Assembly (NCBI GenBank): GCA_965223005.1
Contig: CBDCVK010000008.1
Span: 1 to 64,000, forward strand
Length of the DNA stretch: 64,000 nucleotides
DNA from: Terriglobia bacterium
GTDB taxonomy: Bacteria > Acidobacteriota > Terriglobia > JAJPHL01 > JAPKYU01
Reading direction: 5' to 3'
In this document: piece after piece, positions 10,634 to 20,164 of the stretch
Position numbering within the stretch: position 1 is the stretch's first letter
Layout: each line of letters starts with the position of its first letter
Translations under genes and position numbers: made by a program
The notes under the pieces: model-generated
The model's input: the letters and a program-made list of their open reading frames with translations, nothing else
Database searches by the model: none
Told to the model about the DNA's origin: nothing

Positions 10634-11154
10634 AGTTTGCAGTCCACACGCGGTCTGACCTCCGTGTGGAGGCGTATCGGTTTCCTCCTTGGACGGTCAT
10701 CCTGATTGCCCTGCTGGCCCTATCGCTGCAGGGCCACTTGCCCCTGTGGTTCCCTGCTGTGGAGGTCCTGGACCTGCCCTTGCTCGTGACCGTGTATTTC
10801 GCTCTCAACCGCCGCAGTCAGGTCTCCGGGATGCTGGTGGGCGCCGCAATCGGTCTTGCGCAAGACAGCCTGGGCCACGGACCTATAGGCCTGTTCGGGA
10901 TCGTAAAAACCGTTGTGGGCTACGCCGCATCCTCGCTCAGCACCCGCTTTGATACAGAACACCCGGGGGTACGGCTAGGGGTGGTGTTCGGGTTCTATTA
11001 CGTCCACCTGGGGTTGTTCCTGCTGCTGCAGCAGGTCTTGTTAGAAAAGGCCGTGAGCATGCCTGGGGTGCGCAGCCTGGCAGTCGCTCTGATCAATGCG
11101 ATCGTGGCCGTGCTGCTTTTCCAGTTGCTGGACCGCTTCAGAAAGCCGGTCTGA
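10630..11154 (+). CDS. mreD: Rod shape-determining protein MreD
   Basis: Polytopic membrane protein, 'DLPLLVTVYFAL..GLAQD'; overlaps the mreC stop (ATGA). Confidence 0.9.
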   Translation: MKFAVHTRSDLRVEAYRFPPWTVILIALLALSLQGHLPLWFPAVEVLDLPLLVTVYFALNRRSQVSGMLVGAAIGLAQDSLGHGPIGLFGIVKTVVGYAASSLSTRFDTEHPGVRLGVVFGFYYVHLGLFLLLQQVLLEKAVSMPGVRSLAVALINAIVAVLLFQLLDRFRKPV

Positions 11155-11359
11155 GCGCCGGTTGTCCAATTGTTCTTCTTCCAACGCTTTCGGTTAAGAA
11201 GGTAAACTTTTCACGAGCCGCACCCCCAGGGTTGGGCTGAGCCGGCCGAGCCTGCTACAATGCAAGCAGGCCCTGGGACTCCGCAGCCCAAGTTGTTCAG
11301 TTTGGGATCATTAGCTCTTCCGGGCTCTCCCGGTGGGCTTTTTGGCGGGCCTTCTAGAG

Positions 11360-13225
11360 ATGTTTGAATCCGGCGACACAAAGTTTGCTCAATTCAAGAT
11401 CTCGGTTGTCCAGTTTCTGACCTTGGGTATCTTTCTGGCACTGGCCACCGGGTTCTGGCGGCTTCAGATCCAACGCCCGGAATATTACGCCGCACTGGCC
11501 GAGCAAAACCGCGTGAAGAGCCTGCCAATTCTAGCACCGCGCGGCCACACTCTGGACCGCGAAGGACGCGTCATTGTCTCCAGCTATCCTTCGTTCAGTA
11601 TCTTGCTACTGCGCGAGCAAATGAAGGATCACAGGAATCTGCAGCTGATCGCTGCCGGACTCCGAATCCCGCTGAAGGAGCTGCAGGCTCGACTGCTTCG
11701 GTTCCGTACCGCGGCGCCTTACGAGCCCGTCGTCATCCGGGAGGACGCTACCTCCCGGGACTTGGGATTCCTGGAAGCGCACCGCGATGACCTGCCGGAG
11801 CTGGAGGCGGTGATGGTGCACCGTCGCCTCTACCCGCGTGACGGCTTCGCAGCGCATGTCCTTGGCTATGTGGGTGAGGTGAGCGAGGACGAACTGAACC
11901 GCGCGGAATTCGCAGACTACCGCCCTGGTGCCATTGTGGGCCAGAGGGGCGTGGAGCGGCAGTACAACGACATCCTGATGGGAAAGGATGGATTGCGACA
12001 CATCCTGGTGAACAGCATAGGCCGCGAGGTGGGGCGGCTGGACGAAACACCCGTCGTAGGTGGGCAACCGCTGAGACTGACCCTTGACTTGGATCTGCAA
12101 GTCGCGGCGGAAGTCGCGATGGAGGACAAGAAGGGCGCCCTGGTGGCCCTGGACCCTCGCACCGGGGAGGTTCTGGCTTTGGTCAGCCGCCCGGTCTATG
12201 ATCCGAACAATTTTGCCATCCGTATCAGCAGCCAGCAATGGACTCGGCTCACCCAAGACCCCGACCTGCCTTTGCTGAACCGTGCCATTCAGGCCCAATT
12301 GGCTCCCGGTTCCGTCTATAAAATCTTTCTGGCAGCGGCGGCACTGGAGGAGGAGGTCCTGACGGAGAAAACCGCCTTCTATTGTCCTGGAGGCGCTGTT
12401 TTTTATGGTCGGTACTTCCGGTGCTGGCGGAAGGGCGGGCACGGCCGCGTGAATCTGCATCGCGCCATCGTCCAATCTTGCGACGTGTTCTTCTACAATG
12501 TCGGCAAGCGTCTGGGTATCGAAAAAATGGCCTATTACTCCCGGCGATTCGGCCTGGGTTCTCCGACCGGAATCGATTTGCCATATGAGGAGGAAGGCGT
12601 GATGCCTTCGCCGGAATGGAAGCGGCGGCTGTTTGGGGAGAAATGGTATGCGGGCGAAACCATCTCGGTGGCCATCGGCCAGGGGTCGGTGGCAATGACA
12701 CCGCTGCAGATGGCTTACGCCATCGGCGGGATTGCCTCCGGCGGGGTCTTCCGGCGCCCGCGTCTGGTGTTTCCTTCCGAAATCCAACACTACAGGCCCA
12801 GCACGAACCCGGATGGCGCGAACCCGGACAATGTGTGGCGCTTTCCGCTTCGCGAGGAGACCATTGAACAGGTTACCCTGGGCATGTATGGGGTGGTCAA
12901 TGAGCGTGGAGGTACCGGTGGGCGGGCGCGCATTCAGGGGGTGGAGGTGGGCGGAAAGACCGGAACCGCACAGCTGGCCAGCCTGGAGGCCACTAAGGGT
13001 GTCGTGGCTCCGCATCTAAAGGATAATGCATGGTTTGTCGGCATGGCTCCCCGGCGCAACCCGGAGATTGTGGTGGTCTGTCTGTTCGAGCACGGAGGGC
13101 ATGGCTACTTGGCTGCTCCGATAGTGCGCGAGGTGATCAAGACTTACTGGGACAAGCGTCAGCCTCAGAAGCCACCGCAACTGGCCGCCGGCCAGGCGCG
13201 CACGCAAAGCTCGCTGGCACCCTGA
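11360..13225 (+). CDS. mrdA: Penicillin-binding protein 2
   Basis: SxxK (SVYK), SCD and KTGT motifs; 'APRG..DREG' dimerisation domain. Confidence 0.95.
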   Translation: MFESGDTKFAQFKISVVQFLTLGIFLALATGFWRLQIQRPEYYAALAEQNRVKSLPILAPRGHTLDREGRVIVSSYPSFSILLLREQMKDHRNLQLIAAGLRIPLKELQARLLRFRTAAPYEPVVIREDATSRDLGFLEAHRDDLPELEAVMVHRRLYPRDGFAAHVLGYVGEVSEDELNRAEFADYRPGAIVGQRGVERQYNDILMGKDGLRHILVNSIGREVGRLDETPVVGGQPLRLTLDLDLQVAAEVAMEDKKGALVALDPRTGEVLALVSRPVYDPNNFAIRISSQQWTRLTQDPDLPLLNRAIQAQLAPGSVYKIFLAAAALEEEVLTEKTAFYCPGGAVFYGRYFRCWRKGGHGRVNLHRAIVQSCDVFFYNVGKRLGIEKMAYYSRRFGLGSPTGIDLPYEEEGVMPSPEWKRRLFGEKWYAGETISVAIGQGSVAMTPLQMAYAIGGIASGGVFRRPRLVFPSEIQHYRPSTNPDGANPDNVWRFPLREETIEQVTLGMYGVVNERGGTGGRARIQGVEVGGKTGTAQLASLEATKGVVAPHLKDNAWFVGMAPRRNPEIVVVCLFEHGGHGYLAAPIVREVIKTYWDKRQPQKPPQLAAGQARTQSSLAP

Positions 13226-13263
13226 GGAGCTCTGCCCCAGGCAGCTATGTCTAGTTGTAAGCT

Positions 13264-14358
13264 ATGTCTCGCTATATCAGCTACAGAAGGATGGACTGGT
13301 TCCTGCTGGGCTTGGTTCTGCTGATCTCCGCCCTGGGTTTGATGGAGATCTACAGCGCTACCTACAGAACCAAGTTCGCCGGAGCCTACGAGAGGCAGAT
13401 CTACTGGATCTTAGCCGGCCTGGTCTTGATGTACCTGATGAGCTTAATTGACTACCACACCCTGTTGGATCAAGCCCCTTTGATGTATCTGGTCTCCGTG
13501 GGATTGTTGGTGCTGGTGCTGGTGGTGGGGCGTAAGGTGCTTGGCTCCCGGCGTTGGATTCCGCTGGCTGGCGGCTTTCACTTTCAAGTGTCAGAATTTG
13601 TCAAGCTGGTGCTAATATTGGTCATGGCGAGGTATTTCAGTGAATCTCGCCAGGGGCGGGTAAGCAGCCCGGACCTGATCAAGGTGGGGCTGTTGGGTGG
13701 CATACCGATGGGGCTGGTCTTACTGCAGCCGGACCTCGGCACCGCCCTTACCTATGCTCCCATCATGATGATGGCTTTGCTTCTGGCAGGCATCCGGCTG
13801 AAACACGTAGTGGTCCTCGGCATGCTGTTCGCGCTAGCCATGCCCGTCGCTTGGACCTATGGGCTGAAGCCCTACCAGAAAGCGCGACTCCTGACGTTCG
13901 TCCATCCGGAGAAGGACCCGCTGGCGGGTGGATACCAGTTGACGCAATCCAAGATCGCGGTGGGTTCGGGGGGCCTCTGGGGCCAAGGCAGCAAGAAAGG
14001 CACCCAAACTCAATTGTGGTTTCTCCCAGTGCCCCACACCGATTTTATCTTTGCGGCCTTTGCTGAGGAGCACGGATTCTTCGGAGTGCTTTCCGCCCTG
14101 CTCCTCTACTTCATGGTCTTGATGAGGCTCATCCACAATGCCCAGACGGCTCCCGACCGCAGCGGAGTGTTCATCGTTATGGGAGTGGTGGGTGTGCTTC
14201 TGTTCCATATCCTGGTGAATGTCGGGATGGTGATCGGCTTCATGCCGATCACCGGCATTCCGCTACCGCTGATGAGCTACGGCGGTTCCTCGGTGCTGTT
14301 TACGTTTATGGCGCTCGGCCTAGTGAACAATGTCAGGCTGCGCCGCTTTGTCCATTAG
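13264..14358 (+). CDS. rodA: Rod shape-determining protein RodA (SEDS family)
   Basis: QPDLGT, HTDFIF, GIPLPLMSYGGSS motifs. Confidence 0.96.
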   Translation: MSRYISYRRMDWFLLGLVLLISALGLMEIYSATYRTKFAGAYERQIYWILAGLVLMYLMSLIDYHTLLDQAPLMYLVSVGLLVLVLVVGRKVLGSRRWIPLAGGFHFQVSEFVKLVLILVMARYFSESRQGRVSSPDLIKVGLLGGIPMGLVLLQPDLGTALTYAPIMMMALLLAGIRLKHVVVLGMLFALAMPVAWTYGLKPYQKARLLTFVHPEKDPLAGGYQLTQSKIAVGSGGLWGQGSKKGTQTQLWFLPVPHTDFIFAAFAEEHGFFGVLSALLLYFMVLMRLIHNAQTAPDRSGVFIVMGVVGVLLFHILVNVGMVIGFMPITGIPLPLMSYGGSSVLFTFMALGLVNNVRLRRFVH

Positions 14359-14443
14359 CATGCCTGGAGGGATCGCGCCTGCGTGCGTAGCTTGAGGCGC
14401 CGAGACGGTTGGCGGGAGGGAAGCCAACCGCGCGGACACTGAG

Positions 14444-14471
14444 TTGCAGGTTCCCTCCGCGAGTTTACGAT
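14444..14471 (+). promoter_or_regulatory. Putative sigma70 promoter of rne/rng
   Basis: TTGCAG-16 bp-TACGAT, about 290 bp upstream of the start codon. Confidence 0.45.
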
Positions 14472-14762
14472 TTTAAGTCCGGCCCCTGAAGGCCGGCGGG
14501 CACACCATGTTTGGGGTGATTATGTCCAACCTACAGGGCGAGAGGGTCGCCCGCGCCCGTCCGGGTGTTCTTCCAACCGATCCGTCTGGGCCTTACCCCT
14601 GCGCTTTCTCGAGCCTGCAAGAAGGCCTGTGGCAGGGGCGAAAAGTAGCCCGGAATCGTTGGACCAGCCCCGGGTGGACGACCAGGGTGCCTTGGCCGAG
14701 GAAGATGGCCGCCCCTCACGCTAATTGCTCCGTCCGACGTGGTTCCGCCCAAAGGAGTTTCC

Positions 14763-17267
14763 ATGGTGAAGGAACTACTGATCTCTTCGTCTCCCTACGA
14801 GACGAAGGTGGCTATTCTGGAAGAGGATCAGCTTGCCGAAGTCTACTTTGAACAATCCCACGAATACTCAATAGCTGGGAGCATCTACAAAGGTCGGGTG
14901 ACGCGCGTGCTCCCGGGCATGCAGTCCGCCTTCGTCGACATCGGCTTGGAGCGCGACGCCTTTCTCTATGTCTCTGACTTTCTCGAAGACGCCGAAGTTT
15001 TCGACAAGATTGATACCGGGGTCGGAGATAGCCTAGCACGGATCAGCGAAAGGGCACCTTCTCCCGCCAGCCGTCCCCTTGGCGCGCCTCAACCACCGGA
15101 ACCAATTTCGGCTCCTCAAGCTTCTGTGCCGGAACCGGAGGCTACAACTGGCCCGGGTGGGGCGGCTCAGGGGCGTCGCCGCCGCGGACGCCGGCGCGCG
15201 CGCCGCCGCTTCGGTGGCCGCGGATTCCCTCAAGCAAAATATGCCGGCCCGTCGGAAGCCGGTCCCCAACAGAGGGCCAGTTCCCAACAGGGGGCCGATT
15301 CCCAACAGGGGGCCAGTTCCCAACAGGGAGAAAGCAGCTCCCCGTCCCCGATTGCGAGTCGGCGCCCCGCGCCCATGGTGCTTCCAGGTGAATCGCTAGC
15401 CAAGTACCGACAACTTATCCCCGCCGCGTCTGACGGCCCCGCCTTCCATGAACCCGCAGTAGAGGAAATCGAGAAACCGCAGGAAAGAGACAATACGGCG
15501 GAGCCGTTCGGGAGCAGCCAACCTGAACCACAATCCGAGGAGGCCCGGCAGGAGGAAGCTTCCAGCCCCGAGACCGACACGTGGTCCGCTCCAGCGGTGG
15601 TTCCGAAAACCGGCGAACCGGAGGCGGCACAATTTGAACAGGTGCCGGGTGCGCCTCCGGCGTCCGGCTCGGTATCTGAGGCGATCTTGGAGCCCACACC
15701 CAGCGAAGAATCTGTCGAGCAACTCCAGATGGAGGAGCCAGCCCCAGCCGCCGGAGAAGAAGCTCCTGAAGAAAGTGTCCCTCAAACCCTGGAGGATGTT
15801 TCATCGCTGGCAGTTACCGAGGAGGACGCGGAAGCGGCAATTGTCGGCGGCGACCAGGCTGGCGACCCGGAGCAGACTCCGGCGGGGGAGAGCAGCGTCG
15901 CTGGCGTTGAAGGTGCGCCAGCGGGGGAGCCGGCTGGAGGACGAGTTAGTGCCTCAGGCCCCCGCTTTGGCCGTCGGGTCAACCGGCGGCTGCGTCGCAA
16001 GATGCAGAGCGACGGCCGGCAGCAGCCGCGCCCCCAGGCACCCGCGGACCGTAGTGTCCGCTCCCAGCCGTTGATTACCGACTTGTTGCGCGAAGGGCAG
16101 GAGATTCTGGTTCAGGTCGCTAAAGAACCGCTAGGTAGGAAGGGCGCACGCATTACGTCCCACATCGCCCTGCCGGGCCGCTATTTGGTCTACATGCCGA
16201 CGCTCGAGCACGTGGGAGTTTCGCGCAGGGTAACCACGGAGGAGGAGCGACAGCGCTTGAAGCGGGTCATCTTGGAAGCCAAAAGCGAAATCCCGGGAGG
16301 TTTCATCGTCCGCACCGCCGGGGAAGGGCGTAGCGAAAAGGAGCTCCTTGAGGACGTCCAGTTTCTGCACAACCTCTGGCTCGAGATTCGGGCCAAGGCG
16401 GAGCGCACCGCTGCCCCCGCGCTCCTCCACCACGACCTGAACCTGGTGGAGCGCATCCTGCGCGACCAGCTCTCGGAGGAGTTCCGCGCGCTTTGGGTGG
16501 ACAACGAGCAGGAGTACGAAACGATCCTGAAGTTCGTGCAAAACTTGCAGCCGGTGTTGGTCTCCCGCGTGAAGCTGTACACCAAAGATGCTCCCCTGTT
16601 CGAAGAGTTCAACGTCTACGAGGAGATCAACAAGGCGTTGAAGCCGATGGTCTGGCTGAAATCCGGCGGCTACATCGTGATCAACCATACAGAGGCGCTG
16701 GTCTCCATTGACATCAACACCGGCAAGTACGTTGGTAAGACGCCGCGGCTGGAGGACACCATTGTCAAAACCAATGTGGAGGCCATCAGGGAAATCGTGC
16801 ACCAGATCAGGCTGCGGGACTTGGGCGGCATCATCGTGATTGACTTCATCGACATGGAAGAGCGGAGGAACCGCACGCGGGTGATGCAGGCGTTGGAGGA
16901 AGCGCTCCGGCAGGACCGCGCCCCTTCCAAGGTCGTTGCCTTTAACGAGTTCGGGCTGGTGGCCATCACCCGCAAGCGCGTGAAGCAATCGCTGGAGCAC
17001 ACGCTGTGCGCGCCCTGCGTCCACTGCAGCGGCTCCGGCTTCCTGAAGTCCCCGCACACCATCGCCATGGAAATCCTGACCGAAGCCTCCAAGCTCGTCC
17101 CCTTCCCGCACCGCAAGCAAATCACCTTGCGGGTAAGCCCCGAGGTGGCGCGGTACCTGAAACAGCGGGACGTTCCGGTCATGCAGGGAATTGAGGACAT
17201 GACCCATCAGACGGTGTTCATCAAGACCGACCCCACTTTGCACCCGGAGTCGTTCGATTTCAACTGA
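14763..17267 (+). CDS. Rne/Rng-family ribonuclease with a large disordered insertion in the S1 domain
   Basis: IYKGRVTRVLPGMQSAFVDIG, IDINTG, LRDLGGIIVIDFIDM, CxxC Zn link. Confidence 0.95.
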   Translation: MVKELLISSSPYETKVAILEEDQLAEVYFEQSHEYSIAGSIYKGRVTRVLPGMQSAFVDIGLERDAFLYVSDFLEDAEVFDKIDTGVGDSLARISERAPSPASRPLGAPQPPEPISAPQASVPEPEATTGPGGAAQGRRRRGRRRARRRFGGRGFPQAKYAGPSEAGPQQRASSQQGADSQQGASSQQGESSSPSPIASRRPAPMVLPGESLAKYRQLIPAASDGPAFHEPAVEEIEKPQERDNTAEPFGSSQPEPQSEEARQEEASSPETDTWSAPAVVPKTGEPEAAQFEQVPGAPPASGSVSEAILEPTPSEESVEQLQMEEPAPAAGEEAPEESVPQTLEDVSSLAVTEEDAEAAIVGGDQAGDPEQTPAGESSVAGVEGAPAGEPAGGRVSASGPRFGRRVNRRLRRKMQSDGRQQPRPQAPADRSVRSQPLITDLLREGQEILVQVAKEPLGRKGARITSHIALPGRYLVYMPTLEHVGVSRRVTTEEERQRLKRVILEAKSEIPGGFIVRTAGEGRSEKELLEDVQFLHNLWLEIRAKAERTAAPALLHHDLNLVERILRDQLSEEFRALWVDNEQEYETILKFVQNLQPVLVSRVKLYTKDAPLFEEFNVYEEINKALKPMVWLKSGGYIVINHTEALVSIDINTGKYVGKTPRLEDTIVKTNVEAIREIVHQIRLRDLGGIIVIDFIDMEERRNRTRVMQALEEALRQDRAPSKVVAFNEFGLVAITRKRVKQSLEHTLCAPCVHCSGSGFLKSPHTIAMEILTEASKLVPFPHRKQITLRVSPEVARYLKQRDVPVMQGIEDMTHQTVFIKTDPTLHPESFDFN
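15265..15328. repeat. 18-bp tandem repeat (about 3.5 copies) in the rne insertion
   Basis: cccaacagagggccagtt / cccaacagggggccgatt / cccaacagggggccagtt / cccaacaggg. Confidence 0.9.
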
Positions 17268-17301
17268 AGCGCCAGGGGGAGCCGCAGAGTTTCGTCGTGC
17301 G

Positions 17302-18084
17302 GTGCGCTTGCCGGTGCTGATGTATCACCACGTTGGACCTGTGAGACGTGGCACCTTTGCCTTCCTGACGGTTTCCCCCGAGAGGTTTGGAGCTCACGTG
17401 CGCTGGCTGGCCCGCCGGGGGTACGCGGGGATACGCCCCTCGGATTGGTTGGCCTGGCGCCGCGGAGAAGCGGCGCTCCCCGACAAGCCTGTGCTGATCA
17501 CCTTTGACGATGCCTACGCGGATGTCGCCGAGTACGCGCTTCCGGTCCTTGACGGTTACGGGTTCGGTGCCGCGGTATTCGTAGTGACAGGACAGGTAGG
17601 CAAGACGAATACCTGGGACGAGCGCCAGGGTTCGGGCACCCACCCTCTGATGACTGCCCAGCAAATCCGCCAGTGGGCGGGTCAGGGCATTGAGTTCGGG
17701 GCCCATAGCCGCACTCACCCCGACCTGAGAAGTTTGCCGGCTGCCGAATTGGCGGAGGAAATCGAGGGCAGCAAGAAGGACCTGACCAACCTGTTGGGCG
17801 CACCCGTGCTCTGCTTTGCGTATCCTTACGGCGAATCAAACGCCGCTGTCCGTCAGTGCGCCGGGGCCGCGTTCGCCCTTGCGTTTGGCGGCGACGAAAA
17901 GGGTCTGAACCACCTAGCCACCGAGCTAGACCTACTCCGTCGCATCATGGTCTGGCCGCAGGACTCCTGGCTGGACTTGGCGCTGTGCGTCCGTTTCGGC
18001 TGGCATCCCAGAGGGAAGATGCGCGGGCTGCTGCTGCGGGCCAAGTGGAAGCTCGGCGGCAGCCGGGCGGTGCTTGCCCGCTGA
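17302..18084 (+). CDS. Polysaccharide deacetylase (CE4)
   Basis: PVLMYH, ITFDDA, HSRTHPDL, FAYPYG motifs. Confidence 0.92.
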   Translation: MRLPVLMYHHVGPVRRGTFAFLTVSPERFGAHVRWLARRGYAGIRPSDWLAWRRGEAALPDKPVLITFDDAYADVAEYALPVLDGYGFGAAVFVVTGQVGKTNTWDERQGSGTHPLMTAQQIRQWAGQGIEFGAHSRTHPDLRSLPAAELAEEIEGSKKDLTNLLGAPVLCFAYPYGESNAAVRQCAGAAFALAFGGDEKGLNHLATELDLLRRIMVWPQDSWLDLALCVRFGWHPRGKMRGLLLRAKWKLGGSRAVLAR

Positions 18085-18152
18085 TCACCTCTTGAAGGCC
18101 CGGCAACGGGCTCCCCCTCACTTCCCTGATGCTTCCGTGGGCTTGGCGGTCA

Positions 18153-18620
18153 CTATCGGGCCGCTTCAGGGCGATCCTGGCTAGGGTGTTGCGCTTGAAG
18201 AAGCCGCTCCAGATCCTCCCAGCGAATCACTTCCCGTACGCCGGTCCAAAAGGCATAGTGGAGCTTGAGGCGGTGGTCCAGGCCGGCCAGCCACGTCTCT
18301 TTCAACGGTCCGAGTCTGGCCATGGCGCCGACCAGGTCGCGGATGGCCCGAACTAGCCAGGGCGCGTGTTGAAAGGCGCGGCGGAAGCAGATTCCTCGCC
18401 AGGTCGTGTAGCCTTTGACCGGCAGAGTGCGCTCGGATTCGGGGAAATCTAGCCCATGGCGACGGAGTAGCTGGACGAATGCTCGTCCTGCGAGGTGGAC
18501 TTTTTCGTAAAACGCCGCTTCCTCGTCCACCCAGATATGTATCCCGAGGGCCTCGGCACTAAAAGTAAACTCCGCTCCCTGCCGCTCAAGGCGCGCTGCC
18601 AAGTCCATCCACTCGGGCCC
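18153..18620 (-). pseudogene. C-terminal remnant of a family-2 glycosyltransferase
   Basis: 'EWMDLAARLERQGAEFTFSAEALGIH' resembles the GT2 ED.dl..Rl...G..f.f...a...H segment; no N-terminal DxD domain. Confidence 0.45.
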
Positions 18621-18825
18621 GTTAGGCTTGCCGGCCGGGCTGGACCAGAGCTGCCGCGGTTCCTGCAATCCAAGAAAACAAGAATGCATTGGCGGGGATT
18701 TGCAGGTTGAAGTCGGTGACGGAGTGAATCAGTAAGGAGGCCATCGCCCCGGCGCAACCCGCGGCCAAAACCTTGTCGCTGGTCCGCTCCAAAACCGTGG
18801 TCCGGCGCGCTACTTTTACCACTAG

Positions 18826-20164
18826 CAGGATGCTGAAAAAGTCCCTGGGCGACCTCTTACGAACAAAATATAAATGAGTATAATTGTTCTCATTATGCGA
18901 GGACACGATCTGCACCAAGACGCGATGTTCAGCTACCTGAGCCCCGAGCAACGGGTGCCCCAGGATCATCCGTTGCGGCCGATACGCCGCATGACCGACC
19001 AAGCACTGCAACGGCTTTCGCCGCGGTTCGAGCGGATGTATGCTGACATCGGTCGCCCCTCGATCGCCCCGGAGAAGCTGCTGCGGGCCTTGCTGCTGCA
19101 GGTGCTCTACACCATCCGCAGCGAACGGATGCTGCTGGAGCAACTCGATTACAACCTCCTGTTCCGGTGGTTTGTGGGACTGAACATGGATGACGCGGTG
19201 TGGGTGCCGACGGTGTTCAGCAAGAACCGGGACCGGCTGCTGGAGGGGGCCGTCGCCGAGGCATTCTTTGACGAGGTGTTGCGCGAGGCGGGCGAGCAGG
19301 AGTTGCTGTCGGAGGAGCACTTCACGGTGGACGGGACGCTGCTGGAGGCGTGGGCGAGCCAGAAGAGCTTTCAGAGGAAGGACGCGCCGGAGGGGCCGCC
19401 GCCGGAGGATCCGGGCAATCCCACGGTGGACTTCCACAAAGAGAAGCGGACCAACGAAACGCACCAGTCGACGACAGACCCGGACGCTCGGCTGGCCCGG
19501 AAGGGCAAAGGCAAGGAGGCCAAGCTGAGCTACGTCGGGCACGTGCTGATGGAGAACCGCAACGGGCTGGTGGTGAATGTGCGGCTGACCCAGGCCACCG
19601 GCACCGCCGAGCGGGAAGCGGCCGTGGAGATGGTGGACGACATTCCGGGCCCGAAGCAGGTGACGGTGGGTGCCGACAAGAACTACGACGCCGAAGCGAT
19701 GGTGCAGCAGTTGCGGGAACGGAAGGCCACGCCGCACGTGGCGCAGAACCAGGAACGGCGGCGCAGTGCCATCGACAGCCGGACCACACGGCACCCGGGT
19801 TACCAGATCAGCCAGAGAGCGCGGAAGAAGGTGGAAGAGAGTTTCGGATGGATGAAGACGGTCGGGTTGCTGCGGAAGCTGCGGCATCGGGGCCTGGAGC
19901 GCGTCGGCTGGATCTTCACCTTTACGGCTGCCGCCTTCAACCTGGTCCGGATTCGCAACTTGGTGATCGGGGCCGTCCCGCCGCGGGTAGTGGGCCCAGG
20001 GGCCGCCTGAGGAGGAGTGTGTCCAAAGGACGAAAAAGGGCTGGGAAAGGCAAAAGACAAGGCCCCAAAGGGCCAATAGCGAGGTTCACTACGAACCGAA
20101 CGGCTCAAAGAAAATTCCCACAGGATAAACGCTACTGAATTTTTTGGCCCTTTTCAGCACCCTG
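18826..20164 (+). mobile_element. Intact IS5-family insertion sequence (1339 bp)
   Basis: Terminal IRs caggatgctgaaaa / ttttcagcaccctg (13/14 match); CTAG on both flanks (18822-18825, 20165-20168). Confidence 0.95.
18895..20010 (+). CDS. IS5-family (IS5/IS1182-like) DDE transposase
   Basis: GRPSIAPEKLLRALLLQ, FTVDGT, GADKNYD, RKKVEESFGWMK. Confidence 0.95.
   Translation: MRGHDLHQDAMFSYLSPEQRVPQDHPLRPIRRMTDQALQRLSPRFERMYADIGRPSIAPEKLLRALLLQVLYTIRSERMLLEQLDYNLLFRWFVGLNMDDAVWVPTVFSKNRDRLLEGAVAEAFFDEVLREAGEQELLSEEHFTVDGTLLEAWASQKSFQRKDAPEGPPPEDPGNPTVDFHKEKRTNETHQSTTDPDARLARKGKGKEAKLSYVGHVLMENRNGLVVNVRLTQATGTAEREAAVEMVDDIPGPKQVTVGADKNYDAEAMVQQLRERKATPHVAQNQERRRSAIDSRTTRHPGYQISQRARKKVEESFGWMKTVGLLRKLRHRGLERVGWIFTFTAAAFNLVRIRNLVIGAVPPRVVGPGAA

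Noticed and set aside
11606-13015. 469-aa antisense ORF, and similar ones opposite rne, the amidase, nrdJ and argH
   Set aside because: Mirror frames of well-supported genes caused by high-GC codon bias
15265-15328. CRISPR-like repeats
   Set aside because: Contiguous in-frame 18-bp tandem repeats without spacers; no CRISPR array or cas gene is seen in the window
18826-20138. Long alternative-frame and antisense ORFs in the IS (484 aa minus, 262 aa plus)
   Set aside because: GC-rich shadow ORFs; only the last roughly 67 codons of the minus ORF are real (the ligase tail)
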